A DNA stretch of 64,000 nucleotides from a virus (Duplodnaviria > Caudoviricetes): the IMG/VR virus record IMGVR_UViG_3300030098_005649; one strand, written 5' to 3'. The translations under genes and the position numbers were made by a program. Numbering within the stretch: position 1 is the stretch's first letter; each line of letters begins with the position of its first letter. Below, in pieces: positions 8,696 to 20,800 of this stretch. Below the pieces are notes generated by a model. The model did not search any database, was not told the origin of the DNA, and saw nothing but the letters and a program-made list of their open reading frames with translations.

Positions 8696-9852
8696 GTGTA
8701 TGGTGTGACCCAAATAAAGCAACACAATTACGAGTCGATGTACCAGATGGGTATGTCTTAGTATTTGGTGATGAGATAATAAGTGGACAAGTATTGGATA
8801 AGAATAGTGGTGCACTTTATAATGCACCATTTATCTGTCCTGATATAGATGGCCCATTTTGTACGGTTGGTGAATGTGTATTGATACCAACTATGGCAAG
8901 AAACTATTTTATTTTTTCAGACCAAGAAAAACTAAACATACCTGGTATTATGATAAACGGAACTGCATTTGATGAAAATGGTGAAATGTATCAGGCACCA
9001 TTTAGTGTTAGTGATTCTGATGCAAAAGCTGGTAAGTACACATCCAACGGAGAATCTACACTTTCTTCTGATGTGGAAGAAGAAGGAGATGAAGAAAAAC
9101 ACTATTGTCCTCCTGGTACTGCAGGTGAAGATGATGAGTTAGATTTTCTAAATGAATTTTTGGCAAAACTAACTATGCCAAATATTGACTTTCCACAGAT
9201 ACCAAGTATATTGGGACAAGTCGTAAAACTAACACAAAAGATTGATAGAGCTACAGGTAAACTAATTGAAAAAGTTCAAAATTTAGCAAACAGAGTTCAG
9301 TTCGATCCTGGTGTTGCTTGTGATTTGATTCGTGAGGTACAAAAACTTCTGATGATAATACAAAAATTACAAAGGTACATTCCTATAATTTTAGCAATAA
9401 TAAAAATAATACAAGTTGCTATAAAGGTAGGTAAACTTGCATTGTTCTTTATAAAGAATAATCCAATCACAGGACCTGCAGTAAGAGCAATGTTAACAGC
9501 AATTGCACTAAATATGTTGATACAAAGTGGTGGTATAATAATTGGGTCAGTAAAAAAGAATGTATCAAAACTAAAACAATCACTACCAGGTTTACAGGCA
9601 ATATTATTAGGTATTATATCACAATGTGATTTCAATCAAGGTGAGGGTGGTGAACCTTGTGACCCAACAGAAAGTTTAAAAGAATTAGGTAGAGTTGCAA
9701 CTGGTGATGGAGATGGTGATGCATCTGATGATTTAGAAGATGAGATAGATAATGATTTTGATGCAAACACAGATGATTTCAATAATCAGTTAGCAACCGC
9801 GTTTGATAATCTAAATAAATGTATAAATATGTTCGATACATTAGAAATATAA
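8692..9852 (+). CDS. Hypothetical virion-region protein with long hydrophobic helices and acidic tail
   Basis: ATGA-coupled to the hub gene; IILAIIKIIQVAIKVGKLALFF and AMLTAIALNMLI segments. Confidence 0.5.
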   Translation: MSVWCDPNKATQLRVDVPDGYVLVFGDEIISGQVLDKNSGALYNAPFICPDIDGPFCTVGECVLIPTMARNYFIFSDQEKLNIPGIMINGTAFDENGEMYQAPFSVSDSDAKAGKYTSNGESTLSSDVEEEGDEEKHYCPPGTAGEDDELDFLNEFLAKLTMPNIDFPQIPSILGQVVKLTQKIDRATGKLIEKVQNLANRVQFDPGVACDLIREVQKLLMIIQKLQRYIPIILAIIKIIQVAIKVGKLALFFIKNNPITGPAVRAMLTAIALNMLIQSGGIIIGSVKKNVSKLKQSLPGLQAILLGIISQCDFNQGEGGEPCDPTESLKELGRVATGDGDGDASDDLEDEIDNDFDANTDDFNNQLATAFDNLNKCINMFDTLEI

Positions 9853-9906
9853 ACGACCTTTTCAAAAAATAAATAATTATTATCATACAGAATATAGAGG
9901 TTTATT

Positions 9907-10386
9907 ATGACTAAAAAACAATTGGCATCATACATTAGAAAAATAGTTAAAGAAGAAGTAACTCTTGAGATGAATAAGTTACTAAAAGAAATATTTATTG
10001 ATGGTAAGAAGAAACAAATTTCTGAAACTAAAAAACAGAAACCAGTTTCTAAAAAACATTATACCAAAAATAAATCACTAAATGACATCTTGAATGAAAC
10101 AGTTGCTTTGAGTAAAAAAGATAGTGGTGATGAAGAGTGGCCAACAATGGGTGGTGGAACATTTGATTCAAGTAGAGCTACAGAACTTATGGGATACGGT
10201 GAGGGTTTTGGTGTACCTGCTAGTAAAGAAGTTCAGAGACAACATTTAGCAGCTCAAACATTGAAAGAAAAGAATGTAAATCCAGAACAGGTCGGTGAGG
10301 AAGTAGTAAATGCATTGACTAAGGATTACTCGGCAGTAATGAATGCTATGAATCTGAAGAGGTCAGCACCAAATGGCTCTAAATAA
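9907..10386 (+). CDS. Hypothetical protein
   Basis: 159-aa ORF with GAGG SD and ATAATTAT late motif at 9873-9880. Confidence 0.6.
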   Translation: MTKKQLASYIRKIVKEEVTLEMNKLLKEIFIDGKKKQISETKKQKPVSKKHYTKNKSLNDILNETVALSKKDSGDEEWPTMGGGTFDSSRATELMGYGEGFGVPASKEVQRQHLAAQTLKEKNVNPEQVGEEVVNALTKDYSAVMNAMNLKRSAPNGSK

Positions 10387-10885
10387 GAATTATTTAGTAC
10401 AGAGATTATATCGGTACAAAAATAGGTATACAATCCAAAAAGACCAACCAAAGAAGTTGAGGTTGAATATTATGAAAAACAATCTCAAAACTGCAACAGA
10501 AGAGGCTGATATTTTTATGGATTGGATTAGTGGAATAGATGGTAGTTTTGGTAGTAAGAAAAAATCACCATCTTTTTTGGAAGTAAATTACGAACAAGAT
10601 TTACCACCAGCAATTCAGTTTCCAAATGATGTCAAGGGTGACAATCTTAGGAAACCAGATGAGATACGAGCTGAGGTTTATTCGAGAGGGGAAAGAGATA
10701 ATAATTTTCAGAACGCTGCGGGTATACCAAGAAATAGAGTTCGTGTTGGTGTAAGTGGTGAAAGAAAAGCATATGTTGGTGTATGTAGATTACCAAACGG
10801 TAGAGAAGTACCATCCACATTAGATAATTGTGAGAGGTTGAGAGGTAGATTTAGAATGAAACCCAAAAGGGCAAAACTTAGATGA
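10373..10885 (+). CDS. Hypothetical protein
   Basis: 170-aa ORF overlapping both neighbours in an operon-like way. Confidence 0.55.
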   Translation: MALNKNYLVQRLYRYKNRYTIQKDQPKKLRLNIMKNNLKTATEEADIFMDWISGIDGSFGSKKKSPSFLEVNYEQDLPPAIQFPNDVKGDNLRKPDEIRAEVYSRGERDNNFQNAAGIPRNRVRVGVSGERKAYVGVCRLPNGREVPSTLDNCERLRGRFRMKPKRAKLR

Positions 10886-11301
10886 GTACATATGTACAAA
10901 TAGATAAAAATCCAGATAAATCTGTTGGTTTAGATTATCCTGTTAGATTGGGAAACAAAGGATATTTTAAACGAACATCTACTCTAATACAAGCTGCACG
11001 AGTAAATATAGAAAGTGTTTTATTGACTCGTAAAGGTGAGAGAGTATTTCAACCAGATTTTGGTAGTGGGATATATGATTTTTTATTTGACAATATATCA
11101 GATGAAACGATTGAAAATTTGAAGAGTGAAGTAGAAGAAAATATTTCTACACATCTACCATATGTTCAAATATTAGAACTCAATATTTCTCAAGATGAAA
11201 GAAATCTAAATCAACTAAATTGTATATTGAAATTTACAGTAGTGTCATCACCAGATGTTTATGATGCTGTAACTTTTTCAGTAGTAAGTAGCGGAGAATA
11301 A
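10882..11301 (+). CDS. gp25: Baseplate wedge subunit gp25 (GPW/gp25 family)
   Basis: NIESVLLTRKGERVFQPDFGSGIYDFLFD signature. Confidence 0.9.
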   Translation: MSTYVQIDKNPDKSVGLDYPVRLGNKGYFKRTSTLIQAARVNIESVLLTRKGERVFQPDFGSGIYDFLFDNISDETIENLKSEVEENISTHLPYVQILELNISQDERNLNQLNCILKFTVVSSPDVYDAVTFSVVSSGE

Positions 11302-11302
11302 A

Positions 11303-13321
11303 ATGCCACAAAAATACGGTGGAAATAAAGCAGATGAACGAAATATAAATGTAAAATATAATGGTAGAGATTTTGCAACTCTTCGTAAAAATCTTATAGA
11401 TTTTGCAAAAGAATACTATCCAAATACATATAATGATTTCAATGAAGCATCACCTGGTATGATGTTCTTAGAAAGTGCTGCATATGTTGGTGATGTTATG
11501 AGTTTTTATACCGACTTATCTTTCAAAGAAAGTTTATTACCTTTTGCAGAAGAATTAGAAACGGTTTATAAAATTGCACAAACATATGGGTACAAACCAT
11601 CACTATCATATCCATCACAGGCACAACTCGATGTCTATGTCGTGATACCAGCAAATGCAGAAGGTAATCCAGATTACGATTATGCACCAAGAATAAAAGC
11701 TGGAATGCAAGTTACTGCACAAGGTGGACAAACATTTAGAGTACCAGACCCTATAAATTTTCAGGCATCTGGTTCAAGGTCACCAATCGGTGTGACTATG
11801 TATGAACAAGATAGTTCAGGATTAGCCACTAAATATCTTTTACAAAAACAAGCAAATGCAGTTAGTGGTGAAGTTGTAAATGAAACATTTACATTTGAGT
11901 CCCCTAAAAAATATGATAAAGTAACATTACAACAAAATAATATTTTAGAAATTATATCGTGTGTAGATAGTGATGGAAACAATTGGTATGAAGTTCCTTA
12001 TTTAGCACAAGATACTATTTTTACTGAAGCACCAAATACACCAGAGTTTGATACTGAAACTTCCGTGTATGCATCAGATGTACCTTATATGTTGAAGTTA
12101 CTAAAGACATCAAAAAGATTTACACGATATGTGAATTCAAATGGTACTACTGAGATTAGATTTGGTGGTGGTACTGCAAATTCACCTGATGAAGAAATAA
12201 TACCAAATCCAGATAGTGTTGGTTCATCATTACCAGGTGGTACATCTAAGTTGGATATAGCGTTTGACCCAACCAATTTTCTAAATACAAAAACTTATGG
12301 TGAAGCACCAGCAAACACAACACTAACAATTAGATATAGTTATGGTGGTGGTGCAGAAGATAATGTTAGAAGTAATACAATAGATGCACCCACAAGAGTA
12401 GAGTATGATGATTTTCCAGATGGATTAGATGCAACAAAAATAAGTAATATGAAAAATACTCTTGCTACATCAAACAAACAACCATCAACTGGTGGTAGGT
12501 CTGGTGAAAGTATAGATGAAATCAAGAAAGAAGCAGCTGCATACTTTCAAGCACAAGGTCGTGCAGTAACTAAAGAAGATTATATGACAAGAATTGCATC
12601 ACTACCGACCAAGTATGGTAATATTTCAAAACTATACATCACAAAAGATTCAACTTTAGGTGGTAATGAAAAACAACTTGGATACGATACTAAAATAGAT
12701 GCACAATATTTAGATGATAATTTTGGTGGAGAAATAACTTTTGGTGATTTATTGGCACAAAAAGAAAATCCATTAGCACTAAATTTTTATACTCTTGGAT
12801 ATGATAATAACAAATATTGTATTCCTACAAATGAGGCAGTAAAACAAAACATAAGAACTTATTTGACACAATACAGACTTATGACAGATGCAGTAAATAT
12901 AAAAGATGCATATGTGATAAACATTGGTGTTAGATTCCAAGTACTTACTTTATCAAATTATAATAAACACGAAGTTGTATTGGCGTGTATAGAAGAAATA
13001 AAAAGATTTTTCCAAATAGACAAGTGGCAAATAAATCAACCTATAATTGTTGGTGAACTTTCATCTATTATCTCAAAAGTACCTGGTGTGGCTGCCATTG
13101 TACCGATAAAGAGTGATGGTAATCCAAACAATTTACCGATAGTGATTACAAACAAGTACGAATCATCCTCTGGATATAGTGGTAATTTGTACGATATAAA
13201 TGAAGCAACAAAAGGTGGAGTTATTTATCCATCACTTGACCCAGCAATTTTTGAACTAAAATTCCCTAATACTGATATTGAGGGTAGAGTTGTAGGCGAC
13301 ATAGAGTCGGCAACGGAGTAA
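11303..13321 (+). CDS. gp6: Baseplate wedge subunit gp6 / baseplate J-like
   Basis: GRDFATLRKNLIDFAKEYYP, YVGDVMSFY, QGRAVTKEDY motifs. Confidence 0.88.
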   Translation: MPQKYGGNKADERNINVKYNGRDFATLRKNLIDFAKEYYPNTYNDFNEASPGMMFLESAAYVGDVMSFYTDLSFKESLLPFAEELETVYKIAQTYGYKPSLSYPSQAQLDVYVVIPANAEGNPDYDYAPRIKAGMQVTAQGGQTFRVPDPINFQASGSRSPIGVTMYEQDSSGLATKYLLQKQANAVSGEVVNETFTFESPKKYDKVTLQQNNILEIISCVDSDGNNWYEVPYLAQDTIFTEAPNTPEFDTETSVYASDVPYMLKLLKTSKRFTRYVNSNGTTEIRFGGGTANSPDEEIIPNPDSVGSSLPGGTSKLDIAFDPTNFLNTKTYGEAPANTTLTIRYSYGGGAEDNVRSNTIDAPTRVEYDDFPDGLDATKISNMKNTLATSNKQPSTGGRSGESIDEIKKEAAAYFQAQGRAVTKEDYMTRIASLPTKYGNISKLYITKDSTLGGNEKQLGYDTKIDAQYLDDNFGGEITFGDLLAQKENPLALNFYTLGYDNNKYCIPTNEAVKQNIRTYLTQYRLMTDAVNIKDAYVINIGVRFQVLTLSNYNKHEVVLACIEEIKRFFQIDKWQINQPIIVGELSSIISKVPGVAAIVPIKSDGNPNNLPIVITNKYESSSGYSGNLYDINEATKGGVIYPSLDPAIFELKFPNTDIEGRVVGDIESATE

Positions 13322-13324
13322 TAA

Positions 13325-14461
13325 ATGCATTATTTTATATATCCAAATTCAGATTCAACCTTATATGAAGGTGGTGCTTCCTCAAGTATAAATTCTGGTA
13401 GGGACGAGATTTTAGAAGTAGTAAAACATATGAACGATGATGGTTCAGTTGTAAATGTTTCAAGAGTTCTTATCAAATTTGATTTGACAAGTATATCACA
13501 ATCCATAGAAGATGGGTTGATTCCATCTTCCGCTGATTTCTATCTAAAATTATATGATGCAAATCCAAGTGAATTGACAAGTGAGGATGAGTTATATGCA
13601 TATCCTGTTAGTCAATCTTGGACAGAGGGTAGTGGTAAAAGATTTGATAACCCAACAACCACCGATGGATGTTCTTGGAGATACAGAACTAATGAGACTA
13701 CTGCAGACCAATGGGTAAGTGGTAGTAACGAAAGTGGTGGAACTTGGTATAGTGGTAGTGTGACTAATTTAGATTCAGTTGCTCGTAGTGTTGAGGCTTC
13801 TCAATCATTTACAAATGAAACAGAAGATATGAGAATGAAAGTTACCAACATAGTACAACATTGGTTATCAGGTTCTCTAAACAATGATGGATTTATGTTG
13901 AAGAGAAGTGGTAGTATTGGTAATGAAGACACAAATCAACCCGAAGGTAACACTACACATTATGGTAATTTTTCTTTCTTCTCACGACAAACAAATACTG
14001 TATTCTCACCAAGACTTGAATTAGTATGGGACGATTCTTCCTTTACTACAGGTTCACTATCTGCATTTAGTTCTTCCGAACTTGATGATATAGTATTTTA
14101 TATGAAAGGTTTGAGACCTGAATATAAAGAAAATTCAAAAGTAAGATTTAGAGTAGCTGCTAGAAACAGATATCCAGCAAGAAGTTTTGCAACTGCATCT
14201 GTTGCAAGTGATATAAAATATTTACCACAAACTTCTTTTTACTCAATTAGAGATGCAAAAACTGAAGATGTAATTGTACCATTTGGTAGTGGGTCAAAAC
14301 TAAGTTTAGATTCTACTGGACATTACTTCAATGTTTGGTTGAATGGATTACAATCAGAAAGGTCGTATAGAATATTATATAAAGTTGTTAGTGGTAGTGG
14401 TACACTTGATGAAACCAATGAAATATATGACAACGATTTTCAATTTGATGTTACGAGGTAA
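13325..14461 (+). CDS. Putative baseplate/virion structural protein (beta-rich)
   Basis: Between wedge genes; SRVLIKFDL, W.EG.G, FFSR.T.T...PRLE..WDD pattern. Confidence 0.5.
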   Translation: MHYFIYPNSDSTLYEGGASSSINSGRDEILEVVKHMNDDGSVVNVSRVLIKFDLTSISQSIEDGLIPSSADFYLKLYDANPSELTSEDELYAYPVSQSWTEGSGKRFDNPTTTDGCSWRYRTNETTADQWVSGSNESGGTWYSGSVTNLDSVARSVEASQSFTNETEDMRMKVTNIVQHWLSGSLNNDGFMLKRSGSIGNEDTNQPEGNTTHYGNFSFFSRQTNTVFSPRLELVWDDSSFTTGSLSAFSSSELDDIVFYMKGLRPEYKENSKVRFRVAARNRYPARSFATASVASDIKYLPQTSFYSIRDAKTEDVIVPFGSGSKLSLDSTGHYFNVWLNGLQSERSYRILYKVVSGSGTLDETNEIYDNDFQFDVTR

Positions 14462-14463
14462 AA

Positions 14464-14817
14464 ATGCCATATACACCAGAAGAACTAAAATATAGTGCTC
14501 TTTATCAAGAAATAACAACTCGTGATGAAAGAGCATATAGACAAAACTATGAAAAAATAGTAGCAGAGTGGATTGCAAAAACTTTTCCATTAGGTAATGG
14601 AGATGATCCAGGTTATCAGATAAATACACAAACATCACTAAAAGGTGATGATGGACGAATACAATTATATTCAGAAATTGTCGGTGACTTGGATGTAAAT
14701 GAAGCACCTCGTTCACAAGATTTTCATCAGTTTGCATACATAAAAAAATCAAAACCAAAATATCGTGGTGGGGACGAAATGAATCTAATTATATCAAGAC
14801 AATTTGAGGAATTCTAA
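14464..14817 (+). CDS. Hypothetical protein
   Basis: 117-aa ORF translationally coupled to the downstream gene. Confidence 0.5.
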   Translation: MPYTPEELKYSALYQEITTRDERAYRQNYEKIVAEWIAKTFPLGNGDDPGYQINTQTSLKGDDGRIQLYSEIVGDLDVNEAPRSQDFHQFAYIKKSKPKYRGGDEMNLIISRQFEEF

Positions 14818-17800
14818 TGGCATTAGAGTATAACGAAAAAACAGGTCATTACAGCAGAATACCAAATAGTATTGAAGATTTACTAATTGTAGATTCTGTG
14901 GATCCTGTAATTGTAGACCCACCATATGGTACACACGAAAATGATTTTATTGAAGTCATTATAAAAGATGAGGATGATAATTTTCTAAAGAGTGTAAAAC
15001 ATTATTGGTTAGACCAAATAGATAATCCATATATGAATATCATACAACCTGATGGTACAGGAGATGCATCTTTTGATGGTGGATTAGAAAAAATTAGGGT
15101 TGATGTTCATAGAATACTGAATGAGGCTGACTATGTTATTGGTAACTATAATGTAGAGGTGTATTTCTTTAGAGCAACTGGTGGTAGAGATGAATTCATA
15201 TTAGTTGATTCAAGTGATACTCCATATGATGGAGATTATTGGGTAGATGTTGATGGTAGAATATATGCTGGTATAAAACCAGAAATAAGTTTTGAGTTAT
15301 TTCTAAAACCTTATGCATATATGATTCACGAAGTTTCACCAAACCAAACTGAAGCACGAATAATACCACACTTTATAAACGATGATAAATTCAAAGAAGA
15401 TTTTAGACTACTTGGATACACTTGTGTTTACTATGAGGGTCTTGGTAAACCTGATTTTGGTGGTGGTAGATTCGAGACATACGGAACAAATATTGATGAA
15501 CATAATACATTCAGACTAACAAATAGACATCCTGATGATCCAGGTTTTACAAGTAAATTCAAAGGTGGTAGATTGTTGGTAAGGGATTCAATATATCTTG
15601 GAGAAGAAATAGACCCATCTGAATCAGAAACTTTATCACCAACAATAGAAACTGAAATTATAGACCCAACTGTAAATTTAGCAAGAAACAATACATTCTT
15701 AGAGGACTTTGGTATATCACAAGGTGCTGGTAAATTTACACAAACAGAATTTTTAGAAAATAATTTTAATGGATTTCCAACATTTCAACTAACATATGAA
15801 ACTCCTTGGGCACCAATAAGACCTGTTTTCAAAAGAAAAGTAGCCTTTGGAGATGATGTAAGTAATCCAAATGCACTTTATGAGTTAGACAACGGATTGG
15901 TAGAACTAACATATTTACCAGCAGATACTGAACTATTGAATTTACCTGAAGGTAACAATAATCCAAGATTTGATATTTTTAGAAAAACTCCTATAAGTAA
16001 TTCTGTAGTGAGAATGAGAGTTGCACAAGAAAGAGCAGACTTACCTGGTCAGATTGCAGCATCAAACAATTATGTTTGGATGTATGGTATAAGAAAAGTA
16101 TTTGATTTGAAAACTCCACTAACAGATGGGCCTTTTACAATTTCCTATTATGTTGCTGCATATGAATTGGGAAATCAAACATCATTTCCATTTGAAGACC
16201 ATAATGTTTCTGATGATATTTTAGGAAGAGAAGTCAGAATCAGAACTGAAATAAGTAATATGGATGGTTCAAATGACCCATCAAGAGTTGTGGATGTTAC
16301 AACATATAGTGCGTTAGAAACCGATGATAAATTTAGATACATAAGAATCTCAAAAACATATCGTGGTTCTGAAGAATCAACGAAAGGTTCTCCAAGTAAT
16401 ATGATGGTTTCTATATCACATTTAGACCCACAGGCTGGTTCTAATTTATTTCTAACAGGATTTCAGATTGAAAGTGGTGAAGAGGTAACAGATTTTGTTA
16501 GAACTGCTAGGTCTGAAGAATTAGAAAAACAAACAACAGGTACTGCAAGATTTATACAAACAGAAAATTCAAATCTATCTGAAAATAAAATACAACTTAC
16601 TTTATCAGACACAGATTCACTAAATGAAAAGATGAGTCAAGGTGGTATGATAACTTTGAAAAAATCTGTTGTAAAAACTGAACAACTCGAAAGAGATAAT
16701 AGTGAGAATAGAGTTGAAATACCTATGATTGATGATAGTTTTGGTGACTTTGAACAACAAGAAACACGAAGACCTTTATCAAGAAGATATAAGTGGGATA
16801 ACACATTACATAAAAATTCAATAAGAGTTCAAAATTGGACACCTGGTTTTAATTATTTTACAAGAGGTGTACATAGAGGAACTTCAACTTCAGGATATCA
16901 CGCACATTTTACTGATGGGAAAGGAGCAGAAGGAGATATTGCAATGGTATTTCCTAACCTAAACGACCAATTTCAAACAGACGATGGTTGGCAAGGTACA
17001 GCACAAGATCCAGTAGGTGCATCTAACCCAAGAAGATGGTTAGGTTTATCCTCAAGAATACAACCATTGACTTCTAATTATTTGAAAAATGGTGATAAGG
17101 TTAGATTAGATTTCAAAATGTCAGCAACAAAAGCTGGTGGTGGTGTGCATGTTGGATTATATCACTATGAACCAAGAGCAAATATATCACAAACTCCACA
17201 AGAACCACCAGTAAACCCACCATCAGGATTTAGAGGAGTTTGGTTTGGTAATCCAAGATTTATAAGAAATCAAGATGTTGGTAATGGTAATGGTCAAAGA
17301 CTAACCAATCAAGGAAGTGACGATAAACGATACTATTTGTACATATCAGATGATGATGTGGAAGCAGGAACAATAGATGTTGAGGTTGGTGTATTTAGTT
17401 CACAAACAGAACAAAAACCTGTAACATTTACTTGGTTTATAAATGGTAATGATGTGACTAACGAGTCTTGGGCTGGCCCAAATAGATTGTTGAGAGTTCC
17501 TGTAAGTGTCTTGAATGAAAATGATGAAATAACAGTAGAGGCAAATGTAAACAGATTCGATCCTGAACCAGAAGATTTTGGAATTGATTTTGATGCTGAA
17601 GATATAGAAGACATCATCACGGATGATGCAATTGCTTTAGCTAAAGAACCTTTACCACTTGCTACATTCAATAGTTTATTAACACCCGAAACATTAGAAA
17701 GTGACCAATCACTTGTGATAAAATTTCTTGTACCCGATACAGATGCAACTATCTCATTTCCTGAGGCAAAATCTGAACTTGAGATAAGATGGGGTGGTAA

Positions 17801-20800
17801 AGATAAGATTCCAACTACTAAAAATATGCCAAGACTACAACCTAAAAATCTTCTTGCTTTAGCTGCAGTAGGTGCTGGTCTTTTTGCAACCACAACAGCT
17901 GCTTGGTATGCATATGCATTTAGAAGATTTAGAGAATTGATAAGAAGAAGAAATGAAGTACGAAGAGCTAGAAGATTGTACTTCTCTTTCATCTTAGGTG
18001 CTATCAGATTTGGTAGACAAAATATGAGAAGAGGTACACTAACTTCAAGTAATGAGTATGAGTGGAGAGGTTGGAATTGGAGACTAAATGATGACCACTT
18101 TTTTGTAAGAACATTTGGTCAAATGTCAAGTGATGTAAATCCAGAACAAACTCCAAAGGCATTAAAATTAGTTCAAGTAAATAAAGTAAATGAGTTTGGT
18201 GATTACTTTGTTGAATTTCCAGTTGGAAGTGCATGGGTAATAAACAGAGATATACAACTTTATTTTTATGGTCATAGACAACCAATACCAATAGGTAACA
18301 CAACCTTTGTTAGTGGCCCAATACTTGCTACTGGTATTATGGATGAAAGAGAAGATGGTGTACAAGTAGCAACACCAACACTTGGTGATATGAAGATACC
18401 AATTACTGAAGTTGATATAGAAAACAATACAATTACTGTACCTGATAACTCGTACACAGATGGTGTTTTAGGTATGAGTGGAGTTGCTAGAAATATTGCT
18501 GGTGTGAATCAATTCAATTCATTTGAATTCATTATAGAATATACCTCGAAAGAAGAATCTTCTTCACCTGTATATGCAGATTTTGAAGCAAATATTACTG
18601 AGATAATAACTCCAGACCTAATAAGATTGGAGAGTACTTATGAGTCAAAGGCAACACCATTGGGTTGGGAAACAAATGATGTTGTACCAACTGAAAAAGT
18701 ACATTTGAATTGGGTATCTCGTTACAATATAACAAAAGAAGATAACCTAAACACAATATTGAACTTTGGTAATGGTAAACATTATCTAACTACAAATTTT
18801 AAAGCGGACAAAGATACAGTTCCAAACTATCCATACTCAGTAGTATACAAAACATTAAATTCTATGACAGATGTAAATCCACAAGATAATGTTTATGTAT
18901 GTGAAGAGATTGTTTCACCAATGGTAGAAAAAGTTAGGTTGAATCCATTTATAAATGCACCTAATCCCACAAGTGTTTTGAGGTTACCAAATCTTGGTAC
19001 GGGATTAGATTCACCAGTTCGTGATAGAACTACAAAATTTGAAAATTATTATGATGTGGTTGGGTTGAGTGGTTCTTCTGTACAAGAGGCGATAGAAAAT
19101 AAATACATTAGTGGTAGTGATTCGGCTACTATGAATGTTGATTTTAGTAGATTTGAAAATTTTATAAACTTATCAAGTGTTGAGGACAGAATAAAAATAT
19201 TTAGAGACAAACTGATAAGGATGGAAACATTTGCAAATTATAGTTCTTCTTTAGTTGGTACATATAGTGGTAGTGGATATTTAGGAAATGCTGCAAACAC
19301 ACCAGCTACTGGTTCTATAGTAAAAGACGAAATCAAAAAGTGGGCAAAATTACGAAGAGAAGTACTAAATAGTTTTGACCCATTTGAAACTTATATGTAT
19401 GAACAATCTTCTTCTTACCTATCAAGTTCAAATGGTGAATTTTACGATAATGCATGGCCAAAAATTGGTGGTAGTGGTACTTATTTCGACCCATATGTTC
19501 TTGCACCAGTTTCAACTTCACAGGCACAAACTTGGCTAACATCACAGATTACAAGTGCATCATTATTTGATACAAATAACTTTGGTTCATTGGATAATAA
19601 TTTACCATTATATGTACAAGAAAATATAGACAATACAGAATTTGTCAAATTATTCAAAATGGTTGGTCATTTCTTTGATAACGAAAGAGCATACATTGGT
19701 GGATTGACACAAACTTATGATAGAGAAGACGATGTAAACAAAGGATTGTCTAAAAACTTAATTACTTCAGTTGCAAAATCATTTGGTTGGAAATTACAAC
19801 AAGGTAGAGATTTAGTAAAACTTGACAAAATAGCATTAGGTGCTTATGTGAGTGGTAGTGGTGACCAAAGAAAATATGCACAAAGTTCACTCACACCAGA
19901 AGAAGACATTACAAATGAAATTTGGAATAGAATACTAAATAATATGCCATTATTTTTGAAGTACAAGGGTACTCCAAGAGCAATGAAATATATTTTGAAT
20001 TGTTATGGTATACCAAGTACAATATTGAGAGTCAGAGAATATGGTGGCCCAGCTGTTGGTGGAGATGTTACTGCAGACCCAACCTTTGAGATAACTCGTA
20101 AGTTTACAAAGGCATTAGAGTTCAAGAGAAGTGGTGGTACTTATATAAAAGTTCCAAATCCAATTGATGACCAATCAAGTAGAAAGTTTGAAACCTTACA
20201 ATTTAGATTTAGGTCAGAACTATCGAGTTCAAATCAAATGTTGATACAGGCTGATAATGATAAAATGTTCGTAGTTCTAAATGACAATGGTTCTTCTGAT
20301 AATATGGGTTCTGTTGGATTATTTCTTGAAGATTCCAATGGTAAGAATCATTTTGTAACATCATCAATAATGCCAGTATATGATAATGAATTTTATTCTG
20401 TAATGATTACGAGAGGTTCTGGTTCATACTTGTCACCAATCACAAGTGATTCAGTTCCATCTAATGTACAATATGATATGTTTGTCAAAAAATACGATGC
20501 AAGTAGAGAAAAAATTCAATACTCATCGCATGTCAGTTTTAGTTTTGATGGTAATGTTAGTGCTCTAAGTGGTAGTGTAAATACTGCATGGACTGGTAGT
20601 GACTTTTTACAATTTGGTGGTAACGGAACTCCAACATTACTCACAACATATCAATCTGGTAGTGTGAATTATTTACCATTTAGTGGTTCGATGATGGAGA
20701 TGAGATTATGGACAGAACCATTGAGTGAAAGTGTGTTCAATAATTTTACTCGTGCACCAAAAACATATAATGGTAATGATTCCGATTCACATTATGATAA

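Noticed and set aside
9991-9998. ATATTTAT inside ORF 9907..10386
   Set aside because: Far from any start codon; expected by chance in AT-rich DNA.
17333-17992. 219-aa minus-strand ORF
   Set aside because: Lies wholly inside the 2516-aa gene; no SD, promoter or recognisable motif.
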